A DNA stretch of 59,475 nt from Chara braunii (lineage: Eukaryota > Plantae > Charophyceae): NCBI GenBank assembly GCA_003427395.1, contig BFEA01000040.1, positions 2,294,458 through 2,353,932 of the forward strand, given 5' to 3'. Below the pieces are notes generated by a model. It was given only the letters and a program-made list of their open reading frames with translations, was not told the DNA's origin and made no database searches. Shown here in pieces: positions 25,001-38,866 of this stretch. The first letter of the stretch is position 1; every line of letters begins with the position of its first letter. Made by a program: the position numbers and the translations under genes.

Positions 25001-25611
25001 TTTTGTTTTTGTCAGAATCTTCTTTGATCCTTGCACGGTCGGGACCCGGGCGGCTCGGCGGGTAGCCTAGATCATAAAATATTTTTATTCTTGTTTTTAT
25101 TATTTTATCGGTTGTGAATTTTTTTAATTGTAAATTTTTAAATAAAAAAAGGAATAATCATTTATAACAAGCGGGGAATCGGGCCCACCGTCCCTCACAA
25201 AGTTCGCCGCAACACAGTTTGAGCAAGGCTCGACATGACACTTAGGCCAAAGTTGTTTGTATTGTAATGCTGTACAACTTTCGTTTTTTTCATTATTTTT
25301 TTTATTTTTTTTATTGAAATTAGCAAAAGTTTGAATACAAGATACGTTATGTTCGACCTTTTTATTCAAAAAATACTCAGCAATGTCAGGAACCTATTTT
25401 TTGGAGGTACGTTGATATAACGTTTTTTGGGACTGAGAACCAATCTATCAAAGTCCCGTATGGGACTGGGAGAAAGCCTTGCTCCTCTGACGAAACGACC
25501 CTGGAGCATGGTCCCACTAGCAACGGGATAAGATAAAAACGAGTTTGTGTGGCAGTTGAATGACCCAAATCCTACCATGCAGTACTCGTGATCCCACGAT
25601 CAATAGTTTAC

Positions 25612-26131
25612 ATGTATTACCCGAAAAAGGAAGGAGATCATTGTTCCCCTCCTCCTCTCCTTAACACTGGGCATGCTAGTGCAAAGAAAGTTTCCCGCCA
25701 AAATCTTTTCAATCAGTTGAGGTATGGCCAACCCTAAAAGAGGGTGGGGTCGGCCATAGGCCCACCGGATAGAAGATTTTTCAGTAATTTGTTTTTTGTT
25801 GTGCAATTATCTCAATGGGTGGAACCCTCCTTCAATCACGGAGTATATGGTGGGCGTCATGATCACTGCAGACAGAAGTCGAGTTTATTCATGAAAATGT
25901 GGCAGTTACTTTGTTCAATGTTGTTGCAACCACCACCATTAGATCATTTGTGATCTGATGGTTGGAAAGCACTCTGCCTCGTTTTCCGGTGGGAGGTCTC
26001 TGTTTTTTTTTTTTTTTTTTTGCCTTCCTCTTGTTTTCTTAGCCCAAAAATTTGTAAATCAACCTGTGAGGCCGCTGCCACTAAGTGTCACACTTGATCG
26101 GTCACACTCCTATCCAACTGCTATTGGGACC
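25612..26131 (-). mobile_element. Dispersed ~520 bp repeat, probable SINE family 2
   Basis: Second copy at 33913-34433. Its minus-strand head shares TGTGACAC(AC)TTAGTG with the post-tRNA segment of SINE family 1. Confidence 0.65.
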
Positions 26132-28227
26132 ATGCGCTACTTGGCGTACACTAGATACTTTAGGAAAGTACAACAAAGATTGCAAAACACACGTCGGTAG
26201 GTAATGGCACCCCGACCAATTTCGACTGCCGCCAGGCTGCCTTTAGCAGGCGGAATCACCTCCCTACCGGTAGCATCTCCCTTGTGACCTCCCCTACGTC
26301 CACCAACCCACCTTCGCCATTGACCCGCCAACCATCTCCGCAAATACAAGCGGTGCTAACTGGAGTAGATTAGTGGGTACAACCCTGAACTGTTGAATCG
26401 CACACCTAATTTCCAACTCAACTGGAAGCAGCCTCGCTCACCCTTAGGGGGGGAAAAAAATAGGACCCGAAGAATCACCCGCGACGGCCATAGCTGTGTC
26501 TTGTGGCCTTAGAGTTTGTCTAACGGGACCGCCATCTGTGTCGGGAGTGGGGGCGGCGTGCCATCTATACGCTATTTGTAACCAATTACACACTATTTGC
26601 AACAAGGGATTGGCGTGTCCAAGTCGGTGCGCCTAATCTTCAAATTTTAAGCATTATGATCAGCATCTTTATCTGCTGTATTTTGCCGCCTCGTTGTGCA
26701 AGAGATTTTTATCAATTCAAGTTGGCTAGGGGAGTGAGTTTGTCGGAGTATGACGAAGGCTCTGCCCGCGGTTGGCTTCCCGTACGTCAGATCGAGATGG
26801 GCATTCGTACCATGCGTTTGGCTGCTGACAGGCAGGAGAATCTAATTGTTACTCCACCACATGCCTGGTCTTCAGATTGACATCTATATCTGTCACGGTT
26901 GTGTTTTGCCACCTTGACGTGCGAGAGCTTTTCATCGATTGGCCAGGGGATTGAGTTTGTCGGAGTATGACGAAGGCTCTGCCCGCGGTTGGGTTCCCGT
27001 ACGTCAGATTGTGTTGCGCATTCGTACCGGGCGTTTGACTATTGACAGGCAGGAGAATCTGATTGTTACTCTACCACATGTCGTGTTAGGCCCACTACTG
27101 CTTCTCTTTATTGAATGCGACGTCGTCGGTTTAGACGTCTGGAATGATTTTTTTCCCTTTTACCTGCCCGAGTGTTTGCTTGATTGTCACGAGTTTGATA
27201 GTGAGCGCATTCTTTATCGCCTCCTTAGGCGAAATACTTGATCAATTCTTAGTGGTAACCCTGGTAACCCTAATTAGGAACTTTGTGGGGCATTACGATT
27301 ATGGAATTAATCAAAACCCTAATTAGGATTGGTTCGGTGTGGGTATTTCTGGCGGTTTTAAGAGTGGGTATTGATATCTGCTAGGTTTCTTTTCTATGAA
27401 ATTCATTGATGCTTCTTTTGTTTTTCTGAAATTTGTTTTTAGTAGAATTGCTGACGACTTTAGGGTTAGGGTCGGTAGTGGGACATAGAAATTAGTAGAA
27501 ACCGTAATTAGGATTTTTTGTTGTCGTGATTTTTACCAAACTTGTGACCCTAGTCAAAACCCTAAGTACAATTTTTGTAGCGGATTTTTTTTGGTGCTTT
27601 TTTAGAGCGGAAATGGGGGATTTGGTAGTGTTTTCTTTTTTGGAAGACAATGGTTTTCTACAGGGGAGGGGCTCCACCCGACGAAGCGGGTTTGAAGACC
27701 TTGCGACCCCTGAATTTGCAGTTCTTTGACGTTGTATTTCTGTCTTGGGCACTGGGCTCTAATAAAACTACTGTTTCTTTATTAAAAAAAATCCTCTTGG
27801 ACACTGGGCCCTGATAATAATAAAAATGCAATTTCGAGTAAAAAAAAAAAAAAAAACTTTTGACTCTCGATACACAAGTCAGGAGATCACCCCCCCACTC
27901 ACAGTAATAATTAATTAATAATTAATTATGGTAGGGGCTCTCTCTTACAAGTTTCCGGTCGTAGTGCGTAGGAGCACCTCGCGGTGGCTATAGGGAAGGG
28001 TTTTTTTTTTTTTTTAAATATAAAACTCCACTACATTCTTGTCTCAAATCTTCCATCATCTTTCAAACTCTTTCAATTTACCTTCACTACCTACCTACCA
28101 CTACTCCTAAAGCTTATACAGGGGACCCCTGGGGCGAGGTCCCACTAGCAACGAAATAGGATAGAAACGAGTTTGTGGGGCAGTTGAGTGATCCAAATCC
28201 TGTCGTGGACTACTCGTGATCCCACGG

Positions 28228-28229
<2 letters not shown>

Positions 28230-28258
<29 letters not shown>

Positions 28259-30020
28259 GGCATCATTGGGTTTATTAAGTGTAACAATGAACGAGGCCGG
28301 AGACCTTACAATTCTACTCGGAATAAGGAAAGAGTTTGCTCTGTCAGACGAACCTGACCCGCCAAATTAAGCAGCTATGATATCAACGCCAGACCAACCT
28401 GGCCAACAGACAAAGCTGACAAGCAACTCACTCAAAAAAAACCGGCCCCTTTGGCCCTACTACGGGCCCCAAGCCTAACTGCTGCCCCAACCGACAAGGC
28501 ATGTAGAACCACCGAGTGACAGGTCGGTTTTGCCTTATGCCTACACTACACCCAAGCCCAACTAACCCCTGTTAACCCCAACACTCCCTTACTAGTTTAA
28601 GAAAACCAAAACAACAACGGACCCAACTGATGCCGTTACTCCTAACTAATCTATTCTCAACCATGAGGAAAACACTAGTCTCCCTGTTGTTGCCGAGACA
28701 ACCGCCAGTCGGTTCTTTTTGGCCCACGAATGAAGGAACCACAGTCTCCCTCTCTGCCTTCCTTCACCTGTCTTTGTCAAGACTTTGTTCCTCCAGTCCA
28801 CCGTGATCATGTGCCTGAGTGTGGCCTTCATACCACTCTTCAGGGCTGCATCCGAGAAATACTTGCTTTGAAATAGGACGAAATTTCTCTCTTTCCAGAT
28901 CCATCAGATTGCCAGTGACTGGATTGCAGTGGCTACATATCCCCATCCTTTCCCAATTTTCAGCGGATGTCTGAGTTCAAGTTGCCCCGTTATTGCCCAC
29001 TCCAGATCCCATTCCACTTCTTCTGACCACCCATTGCCTTCCAGTGATAAGCCCATTATTTCCATATACGGAATGAGAGAGGGCAAGTGCCCCACATATG
29101 TGTTGAATCTTCTGGTTGCAGGTGGCATCTTGCACATCTCACATCGACATCCATGCCTCTGATGAACAATGCTGCCACATCTAGTGGGGCGGCGTGGGTA
29201 ATCAACCACACCACTGATGACATCTTCTTACATGATAACCTCAAACATATCTTTCACTTATCCTTATAGTATTCAACAGACAAGGTTGAGCGTGTAACAA
29301 ATACAAGGAGGGCTTCCTGTATCTTGCGAGACGTACTTCAAGTTCCTTCAAGTTGTTGTGATATCATACCCAATTTGGACGTGCACTGGTGAAGTTCCAG
29401 TCGGCCTCTTAACTTCGGCCAGCCATACTGGCCGATGTCTAACCGCATCTGTCGAATCGGAGTGCCGTCCATGTGCAGTACCGACTGAGGAGGTCCCGCA
29501 GTTGAGAACTGCATACAGACTCTGACTTCCTCCAGTAGACAAGGACTCGGTAACTCCCTCTCCACCTTGAACACAAGGGTACTTTGAGTGATGCCTTCCG
29601 CCTTACGTCTCACCAAAACTTCCACCTTCCCTTGGCCTACCCTCTTGTAAACTTGGAAATCACTGCCTATGCTCAGAGCAAGTCGATACCATTGTCCCTC
29701 CTCCGTTTCGGTCTCCAACATTTGTTTCCTTCCGTCTGGGATGGCTTGAATCAGAGGTTCTCTTCTCGCTTCCACATGCCACAGTCTTCCTAACTTTTCC
29801 CGCAATTCCTCCTCACTCCTCCAGGTCCTTCGCAGATCATCCCACAGGTCTTCAACCCTGAGCACCCCCCTTTCCACCCATGCCCTACCGAAGTTGCCTC
29901 TTCGTGTGATTGCAAAGGTTAGCCCCTCTTGATTCTTGATCCAGGGATTCTCAAATAAGGGTTGACGTAACACTTTGTCACGAGACCGTGGAGTTCTGAT
30001 GGGCCTGTGACGAACCAATT
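28230..30020 (-). pseudogene. 5'-truncated L1/Tx1-type LINE (post-RT ORF2, zinc finger, 3' UTR, poly(A))
   Basis: QPLFENPWI...GVLRVEDLWD, CARCHLQPEDSTHMWGTC and WFLHSWAKKN across frameshifted ORFs. T-run at 28230-28258. Confidence 0.85.
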
Positions 30021-31689
30021 TCTGTTTCGCGCGATTTTCTGCGCGATGACAATGAGGGGTCCTAAGATGGGAAGGTTGGGCAAATTCCGGGAGATCGGGA
30101 TTGAAAGGAAATTGCATCGGTGTCCTCGCTTCTTCGTCTTTTTGCGTCGCTTCTTTTCGGATGGCTGGGTTCAGGGCTGGGCAAGTCCTGGGATGATCAG
30201 TTAAGTGGCGCGCCAGCGTGCACACAAGAAATATTGGTTTACGTCGCTTCGTTCTTGTTCTGTTGTCGGAATTTAGGCGAGGAGGTCATGCGAGAAGTTT
30301 TGCTTCTTTTTGAATTTCTTTTTTGAATCTTGTCGAGCCTTGACGGCTCTTGGAACTTAGGACTTTCTTCTTGGAATTTGTACTTTTTGTATTTTCGCAT
30401 TAAATAGGAATTTTGGAATTTCGAAATTTAGGATTTCCTTTTGCCTCGCAACGCCTTCTGCTTGCGCGCTCCTTTTTTGCGGCTGTAACGAAGCTCTGAT
30501 TAGTCGGCGCCCTTAATCTTGCAAGTAACCGTAATTTTGGGCGGGCGCCATTGTAACTGTATCTTTCTTCTTGAGCTTCGTCTTTCCCGCTCTCTCCTTT
30601 TCTTTTTGCTGTGGCTGTCTAGCCCGTGGGCTGCATGATCGGATCGATGCGTGGAGAGTGGCTACGTCCTCCATGCTGCGGTCTGGCCATGCAAGACGTA
30701 GCGCTCCCTCTCCTAATCTCCTTTCTAAGTCCTTGCAATTCCCTGTTCTTTGCGCTTGCATACACGCTATAAATTTCGGTTCCGCGATTAAATAGCTCTC
30801 TTAACCAATTGTTGGAAGCTCGGGGTAGCGCGATCAGTGAGGGTCGGCTCACGAGCGAAGTAAGAGGTGAGTTGAAGTGGGAGTCGGGCGACCCGACGAG
30901 TTTGTGCCGAATGCGCGGGGTTGACGCGTGGGGCCACGACGGACTGTAGCGCGCGGGCGAACCTGACGGGTGTAGGAGGACTAAGGGGGGTGACGACTTC
31001 GTGGGTTGGTGCGTGACGACGGACTGTCCGCATCAGAGAGAGAGAGAGAGAGAGGAAGAGAGAGTTGAGGTTGATGGGCGTGGATTTGCAATTTTCTTTA
31101 TCTTTTCCTTTAATTTTGTATATAAGTTTTGATTTCGGCTCAAGCGATTCGCTCTCATTTCCCTTCGGCATATTTGTTTCAATACTGGTCCTTGTATGAT
31201 GTCTCATTCTGCCTCGGTCCTCCCTCTTTTGTGTGTATGGTATGAATCAGTTTGTATGGAATGATATGTTTGTCGTTATTGCCTAGTCATCATCACTGCT
31301 TGTCACTTTGATCCGTTGTTGTTCTGGTATGAGTTCTGATGTTGTTGCGATGTCTGATGTGTGATGACACCTTGCATGCTCGGAAATGATTGCTGAGTGA
31401 TTAGATGATTGGGTAGTATCCAGGACACGTGACGATTTTGCATGAGGGATTAAACTCTCACTGTGGTAGCCAATAGGCCCGGGTGCAAGCGAACACCTCG
31501 TATGGATACGCGTAAGCGCGATCTGAATTGCGCGGCCTACACGTGTCTACGCGCGGCGATTCGCGTACACTAACGAGCCTGGTACCCCCGGTATCAGGAT
31601 AGGCAAGGCATTTTCCACTATGCCACAATGATAAGATGACGAACACATGGAACTCAGAGTACTTCGAGCCCTGGGAAGAAGAGGAATAT

Positions 31690-32787
31690 CGTAGGCCGAT
31701 ATACCCGTAATTTCCCTGCCTATCCGAGAACCGATTGTGCCCCAGGGAGTTCCACTGTGCCGTAACCAGTGATCCCAGGTGCCCCGATTACCCAACTACG
31801 TATAACACCCAATACTTCATAACCCCGGACTTCGTCGTTATCGCCACCAATTTCCCTCCCTTCTGTCTCCTCCTTCCGTATCACCAACTCACGGTGGTAC
31901 CGTGGAATTCCATCGCCCCGTATTGGCCCCACACGCCGTGCAGAAACTGCAGACGACGCGGCCACCACTGAACCCCTGGAACTACGGAGCCTAACCATAA
32001 CGCGCGGCGACGGACGCCACGCGTCTGCACCCGAAGGTCTGACTCATAGGAATCGCAACCCTCATGAACGGGCCTCTCCCAAACCGTCGTCACCAAAACA
32101 GACGGATCAGACAGTCCTTGATGCACCACGCATGTCATCTGCCTTATGCTGCACGACATCGACCGCCATCATACCGAAGTAACCCGCCTCTTAGCCCTAT
32201 TGCATCTATGCCCCTGGACCCTTGCCACAGGAGATCTCAGTTCCGACCCGGGACTCCACCCCCACTTTCCCCAAAAATCCTTGGCACACCCCTTTTCTCA
32301 CTTCCAGGCCCACATCCTACTCCGATCAGGAAGTCGCGTCGGGCGTGAGGTTGGATGTCACAAGCCCTGGTGCTAGTGATCGCCAGGCCTGGATGATGCT
32401 GTACCAAAAAGCACACTTCAGTCACTGGTAGGCTGGAAGCGTCATTAGCAGCCACGCGTCCTCCCCATTGCACAAACCCCAATCTTTAGCTAAAATGTAC
32501 TCTGCCTTGACGGGCCATTTGCAGAGGAGGGCCTTGTTTTGACGCACTGGATCCAATATTGCTAGGCCCCCCTCCTCCTTCGTCGCTGTGACCTTGTCCC
32601 AAGACAGTTTCGACATATGATGTCCCTGCCCTTCCTCCACTTCCGGTTTCCAAACGTGCTTTGCCTCCACAAATCTGATGAGTTGGGCCGAACCGTGCCA
32701 GAGTACCACAACTGGGGAAAGACTGAGGCATTAAGGACCAAAGCCCTGCCAAATAATGGGAGACCTTATACTGATTTCCATTTTAAA
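31690..32787 (-). pseudogene. Highly degenerate LINE ORF2 fragment
   Basis: KLSWDKVTATKEEGGLAILDPVRQNKALLCKW motif (ORF 32422..32709). The left boundary is approximate. Confidence 0.65.
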
Positions 32788-33033
32788 CCACCAGTACCTG
32801 GCCCAGCTATCGAGTCCGAGCCTCGGCCGACCGGTACGCCGAACCGTGCCGAGGCTCGGACTACCGGGCGCAGGCATCCCGAACGTCCATGCGTAACGGA
32901 CGAAAAAAACGGGGAAAAAAACAACAAAAAAAAAACAAAGAAATAAGAAAAATAAAATGAAGGGCTTCGGAAAGCCAAAGCGGGAATGAATCTTCCCGCT
33001 TTTGCGGAAAGAATCATTCCCTCTTTGCGATTT

Positions 33034-33082
<49 letters not shown>

Positions 33083-33515
33083 NNNNNNNNNNNNNNNNNN
33101 NNNNNNNNNNNNNNNNNNNNNNNNNNNNNNNNNNNNNNNNNNNNNNNNNNNNNNNNNNNNNNNNNNNNNNNNNNNNNNNNNNNNNNNNNNNNNNNNNNNN
33201 NNNNNNNNNNNNNNNNNNNNNNNNNNNNNNNNNNNNNNNNNNNNNNNNNNNNNNNNNNNNNNNNNNNNNNNNNNNNNNNNNNNNNNNNNNNNNNNNNNNN
33301 NNNNNNNNNNNNNNNNNNNNNNNNNNNNNNNNNNNNNNNNNNNNNNNNNNNNNNNNNNNNNNNNNNNNNNNNNNNNNNNNNNNNNNNNNNNNNNNNNNNN
33401 NNNNNNNNNNNNNNNNNNNNNNNNNNNNNNNNNNNNNNNNNNNNNNNNNNNNNNNNNNNNNNNNNNNNNNNNNNNNNNNNNNNNNNNNNNNNNNNNNNNN
33501 NNNNNNNNNNNNNNN

Positions 33516-33609
<94 letters not shown>

Positions 33610-33901
33610 CTTGCCACTTTCAAATGGCAAAGCGGGAATGAATCTTTCCGCGAACCGCTTTGCCTTTCTGAAGGTTTGTTTTATCTGTCTTATTTCTTTG
33701 TTTTTTTTTGTTGTTTTTTTTTCGTTTATGTTTTGTTTTTTTTTTTTCCTTCTTTTTTTGTTTCTCTCTAGTGTGTCGTGCCTACAGAAGCGGGGTCCGG
33801 CCTTCGCGCAACGACCGGGCCTTCCCTTGGCCGCCCCCCCTAAGGCTGCGGCGCATATACGGGAAGGCCCGCGGCCGATAGCTTAGCGAGGTACTGGTGG
33901 T
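32788..33901. mobile_element. Non-autonomous TIR element (hAT-like subterminal repeats), spans a gap
   Basis: ACCACCAGTACCTGGCCCAGCTATCG versus CGATAGCTTAGCGAGGTACTGGTGGT. No TSD seen. Confidence 0.6.
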
Positions 33902-34671
33902 CAGTATTTTATATGTATTACCCCAAAAAGTTAGAAGATCTTCGTTCCCCTCCTCCTCTCCTTAACACTAAGCATGCCCGTGCAAAGACAGTTTCCCGCC
34001 AGAAGCTTTTCAATGGGTTGGGGGTGTGGCCAACCCCAAACGAGGTTGTGGTCGGCCTTAGCCCACTAGATAAAAGATTTTCAACATTTTACTTGTTGTT
34101 GTGCAATTATCTCATTGGGTGGAGCCCTCCTTCAATCACGGAGTATATGAAGGGTGTCAGGATCACTGCTGTCAGAAGTCGAGTTTATTCCAGAAAATGT
34201 GGCCGTTACTTTGTTCACTGTTGTTGCAACCACCACCATCAGATCATTTGTGATCTGATGGCTGGGAAACACTCTGCCGTGATTTCCGGTGGGAGGTCTT
34301 TGTTTCTTTTTTTTTTCCTTTTGACTTTCTCCTTCTTTTTCAGGCCAGAAATTCGTAACGAACCTGTCAGCTCGCTGCCACTCAGTGTCACACTGGATCG
34401 GCCACACACTCCTATCCGACTGCTAATGGGACCTCACCCCTGGAGCGAGGTCCCACTAGCAAAGGGGATTGGATAAATATGCGGAATCTGGACGTGTTTT
34501 AAACAAACATGCAGAAAAGCAGTTCAATCTGGACATTCTGCACCGTTTCACCAACACATCCAGATTCAGGTCTTCAATCCTATCCTCTTTGCTAGTGGGA
34601 CCTTGCCTCTGTGGACATAGCTTTGTTGTCTCCCTCCAGCCATCAGAGGGGATGCATAACCCCCCTTCTCC

Positions 34672-34703
<32 letters not shown>

Positions 34704-35331
34704 CAATTTTCAGTACGCTGGACACTGGCAACAGATGGATGGATCGATGTTGGCCTTTCGTAGTGCGAACTATCATCTTCATCCGAATAGAGCGCACGGT
34801 AATTATCGTTGTATCTAGCTCGAAAATTTCCCCAAATACAGCTATAATGAACCGTGCGTTATATTCGGGTGAAGTACGGTAAAAGAGATGTAGAGATTCT
34901 GTCCATCGATCTTTGTTATCTTTTTTTTTTCAATCTTTATTATCTACGGTCAGGATGCACTCACCCGAGCGTTATCTTATATGTTGTATCTAACCGCTTT
35001 TACGGCTGGATCTGGATGAATCTGACCGCAGATACCACAAGAAACAGTTTAAAAAGTCCCATTGTGAGTATGGTATCATATACTCAGTTGACGCGATGGT
35101 CAAAGCAGGAAGTTCACTCGCTCGAAACACACAATACCATGACTATTATCACATTGGACATGACCAGACGACCAAGAGACACAACATGACCAGACGACCA
35201 AGAGACATGACGACCAAGAGACGACAGGACAAGAATAGACCAGCTTTGCAACGAACCCGAACATGATCGGCTGCATTAAAAATGATAATGAAACACAACA
35301 GCTATGGTAGAACAAAATCCACCTCGGAGAC

Positions 35332-35378
35332 GACCCGACCGGTTTCGTCTGACCGCCACGTCAGACTCATCAGGGGTC
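35332..35378 (-). ncRNA. Minimal type I hammerhead ribozyme (3' pseudo-LTR)
   Basis: Minus strand GACCC-CUGAUGA-GUCUGAC-guggcg-GUCAGAC-GAAA-CCG-GUC/GGGUC: intact core, 5-bp stem I, 7-bp stem II, palindromic ACCGGU in place of stem III. Confidence 0.9.
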
Positions 35379-35908
35379 TTTTCGAAACACTCGAGATGCG
35401 CAAAGCTTAAGTACCATTCCTACAGCTAAGAGCACCGTCGAAGAAGCTATCACCACAGTCGCCCAACTTCCGTTTTCGTAGTCGACCACGTTCATTGCTA
35501 ACAGTCCTAATAGTTACCAACATCCCTTTTGAAAACATTCAAGGGTCCAGTTCAAAGCAGAAACTACCGGTACTACTTAGCCAGTAATACAACTCTATTT
35601 ACCCACGAAGTCGCCGAGTCCCAATATCCAGACACTTGTCATAGAGAACAGTCAAGCACACGTCACGTAAAAACAACATCTCCACGAAAGTGCCGAATCC
35701 ACTGTCCAAACCACCTATCGACATAGCCTAAACTTCCTCCAGCGGTAACCCTTACTGCAGCTTCTGCCGATAACTACCCCAACATCGAAAAAAAAACATA
35801 GCAATAACTACCCCAAACCTCGAACCCCCCCCCACAACAATTCATCAAAGCCTACCGAACCTATTCGACTTGAATCGACAATTCGATAAAGCCTAAAACC
35901 GTAGAATA

Positions 35909-38852
35909 CTACCTGCCGAAAGCGTTTCCAATCCTGAGACGCTTCCCAAATCTCCCCCAATCAGTTAAAATAGGTAGCCAGTTATCCCAAAGTCCACCGT
36001 ACTTCTTAGAGAAGGACACCAGTGCAGTGTCAAAAATCTTATCCGGATACCCTATTTTCCACAACTCGCTTTTTAAGGCGATCAGATAGGGCAGTACTGT
36101 CCCACTCTTTGAGGCATATGCTCTTGCTCGATGCAGAAATGAGCTCACCACATCCATTTTCTGTTGTTTGCTCGAGTAGGACACATAATCCTGCATGTTC
36201 TGAAAAATTAATCTGCCATTTAGCCCCTCCATCTGATTTTTCATAAGTGGAATGCACATGATCCTCTTGTTAACATCCTCAATGCTCAAAATGCAACCTA
36301 AATAATCCCATGACAGTCCACTGTTCGTCTGCTCCAATATTAGTTCAGAGTCATAACACTTATTTTTCCAACATGCTTTCACCGTTCCTCCTCGACTGCC
36401 GGTCACCTTTGCTACAGTAAACGAAGACGGAAACGTCGTCCATCAACCGGAAACCTTGAAACAACTTATCACTGCCCAGACCATTCAGAAAGGTAACCTC
36501 ATTGTACGCACACAATAAGCAGGCTAGGGTTGGGCTAGACGACTTGCCCATGGGAATACAAACCACCTGAAGTAAATGCCGACCCGCTGCGACAATGAAA
36601 GTGTTCATCAGTTCGAAACGGACAAAGGATTGAATAACGTCAAATGACAACTCATACCGACCTTCCTCAGTTTTGCCCCTCCATAGTTTGGCCCCTTTAC
36701 CCTGCTTCCTTATCAACACACCAGTCACGCCCTCCTCTTCCCAATAACCAACAACCCATTCAGCCGCCTGCAAGATGGACTGGTGAGGCAAACTAGAAAA
36801 CATCTCTTTAATATCGAATGACGCACCTAGCAACATCATCCCTTTCACCTTCCTCCTATTGATCTCAGTAATCTGTTTTAATAAACCATCGGCACTCCTC
36901 AGATTCAGATTTGACCCCTTCGGCAAGCACCATAACAAAGTGTTAATGGCTCGTGCAACCATCTTTCCACCCCGCATAGACCCTTCCGGATAGGACGAAC
37001 AAATCGGCCGCCATCGCGCAATATCCTTATGCTTCGGTAAACAGTATGCTTTCCCCAGTGTGCCCCTTATATTCCATGCGTTGACCTTCTCAAGTCCTGC
37101 TTCCTTGTACGCCACACTGTAACTCTCAACAACATCGTCTTCATCAGCCTTACTCTGGGTAAACGCCGAATTACCAAAGAACAATTTTTTCATTCCTTCC
37201 CCATAAACCACCGGACAACACACGAAGGTATCGCCCATGTTGTGATCTAGAGGGCAACAAACCAAATTCCCCAGTAACTGCTGATACGGAAACAAATCGG
37301 ATGAATTAACGCCCTTACCCACAATATTGATATCGGCAGAAAAACACGCCCTTAGTTCAGTACTCATTTCTCTTTCACCCAACGATGCAGGCGCAAGAAC
37401 AGATTGTGAAAAACAACCAGTCATAGCTCCCTGAATACAGTTGTCCAACACCTTCAGTCTATTGCCCCGATCTGGTCGCAAGACATTTTTAGACATTTTG
37501 ATCCAAGCGGGAAACTCCTTCACATAATTCAGTCTAAACGCCACATGCCCGTCAGTACGTTTAAAACCGGGGTCAGTCCCATCACACACACAGTCAAAGG
37601 TGTCCCTCCTGGAAACTTGCCGATAGTTATGTAACTTATCCCCGACAGTTTTATTTCTACACCATACTATACTCATTCTTCGTATTAGCATTTCTTTCCA
37701 AGCCTGCGAAATATCCAACCTCAATACTAACTTAGCGCATAGCACACGGACTTGGCTTTTCCTCAGTGTCTCATCATACTGCAACTTCACAATAAGACGC
37801 TGCCTCACTCGTAAACCGAATTGACGAAGTATAACATTTGACAAAACATACCGTAATCTGCATCTAGTCCGTTTCTCGCCGAAAGTCCTAACAACTGTAT
37901 ACGCATAGATCAAATTATCTAACCTCCATGCAGTCAATTCCTTCTGTTTATTTGGGCGTCTCAACAAGTCAATCAAAGGTGCCTTAAATGCTAACAACTT
38001 ACTTAAAAACGGGATCACAGTCAAAAAGGTTAGAACAACATCGTCCTTCAACCATTCCCTGACATGTCGTAACTCACCAGTACTGTACTTACATCGGACA
38101 ATACTTCCCCCAAACAGGCACTTGAGGACCTTCCATCGGTCAAGCAAGTGTGACCCACCCTTACATGAGATCGTACAACTGTGTAATGAATGCAACCTGC
38201 AGTATTCCAAAATACGCAACAAACTACCCGTTCTCAAATCAAATGTGGTACAAAAAGATAACAGCCCGCCAACGTCATTGGTTACTTGCCCTAGCTGACC
38301 CTCTCTACGCCTCGACTTCCTCCTTTCCCTTCGTCCAGGGTGACTTCGCTTCCGTCGTCGACCTCTACCCCGTGTATTCAGCGAAGGGCATAACTCCCGA
38401 ATGAAAAAACTTTCAGTCTTCAAAAGATCATCCCCAGAGCACAAAGCCAAGGGAATAATAAAATATCTCTGAATCCCCCATCGCCTCAACCGTCTGTACA
38501 ATCTCTCATTTCTTTTTCTTTCGTGGCTCACCGTTATCACCGTACTTCTGTAAGCATGTTCACACCATGGAGTAAAGATATCACGACCAGTACTACCAAT
38601 ATACAGATGCCTGCACCAAGGTGAAAATAGCGCATAAACGACAGGTCCACTACCCTTGTCAAAATCAAAACCACAGTTCTGCGTCTGTATAACATAACTT
38701 GACAGTTTCTTCCCCCATTCAATCTATCCTTCAACAATTAGCATGCATCATAAAATACTAGCAAAGGCATTTAGCACCTTGCACCTCAGTCGAGCATTAG
38801 ACGTGGAACGTAGCTTACAACAACAATTGATTAACCTCCAAAGATCGCTCAT
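35909..38852 (-). pseudogene. PLE ORF2: N-terminal GIY-YIG endonuclease, CxC linker, reverse transcriptase
   Basis: Reading from ATG 38852, in frame with ORF 36360..38540: VVYALFSPWCRHLYIGSTGR...EH...LYRRLRRWG...ESFFIRELCPSLN; DCVCD...DGHV; LPKHKD...RPI; FDIKEMFSSL; IPMGKSSSPTLA; LMDD. Lesions: TGA 38748-38750, TAG 38724-38726 and a frameshift near 36362 into ORF 35909..36406. Confidence 0.88.
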
Positions 38853-38866
38853 GCTCGGGATCAATC

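Noticed and set aside
38724-38750. In-frame TGA as selenocysteine, as in some Naiad PLEs
   Set aside because: It is a single TGA accompanied by a TAG and a frameshift. CGA>TGA and CAG>TAG deamination explains both stops more simply.
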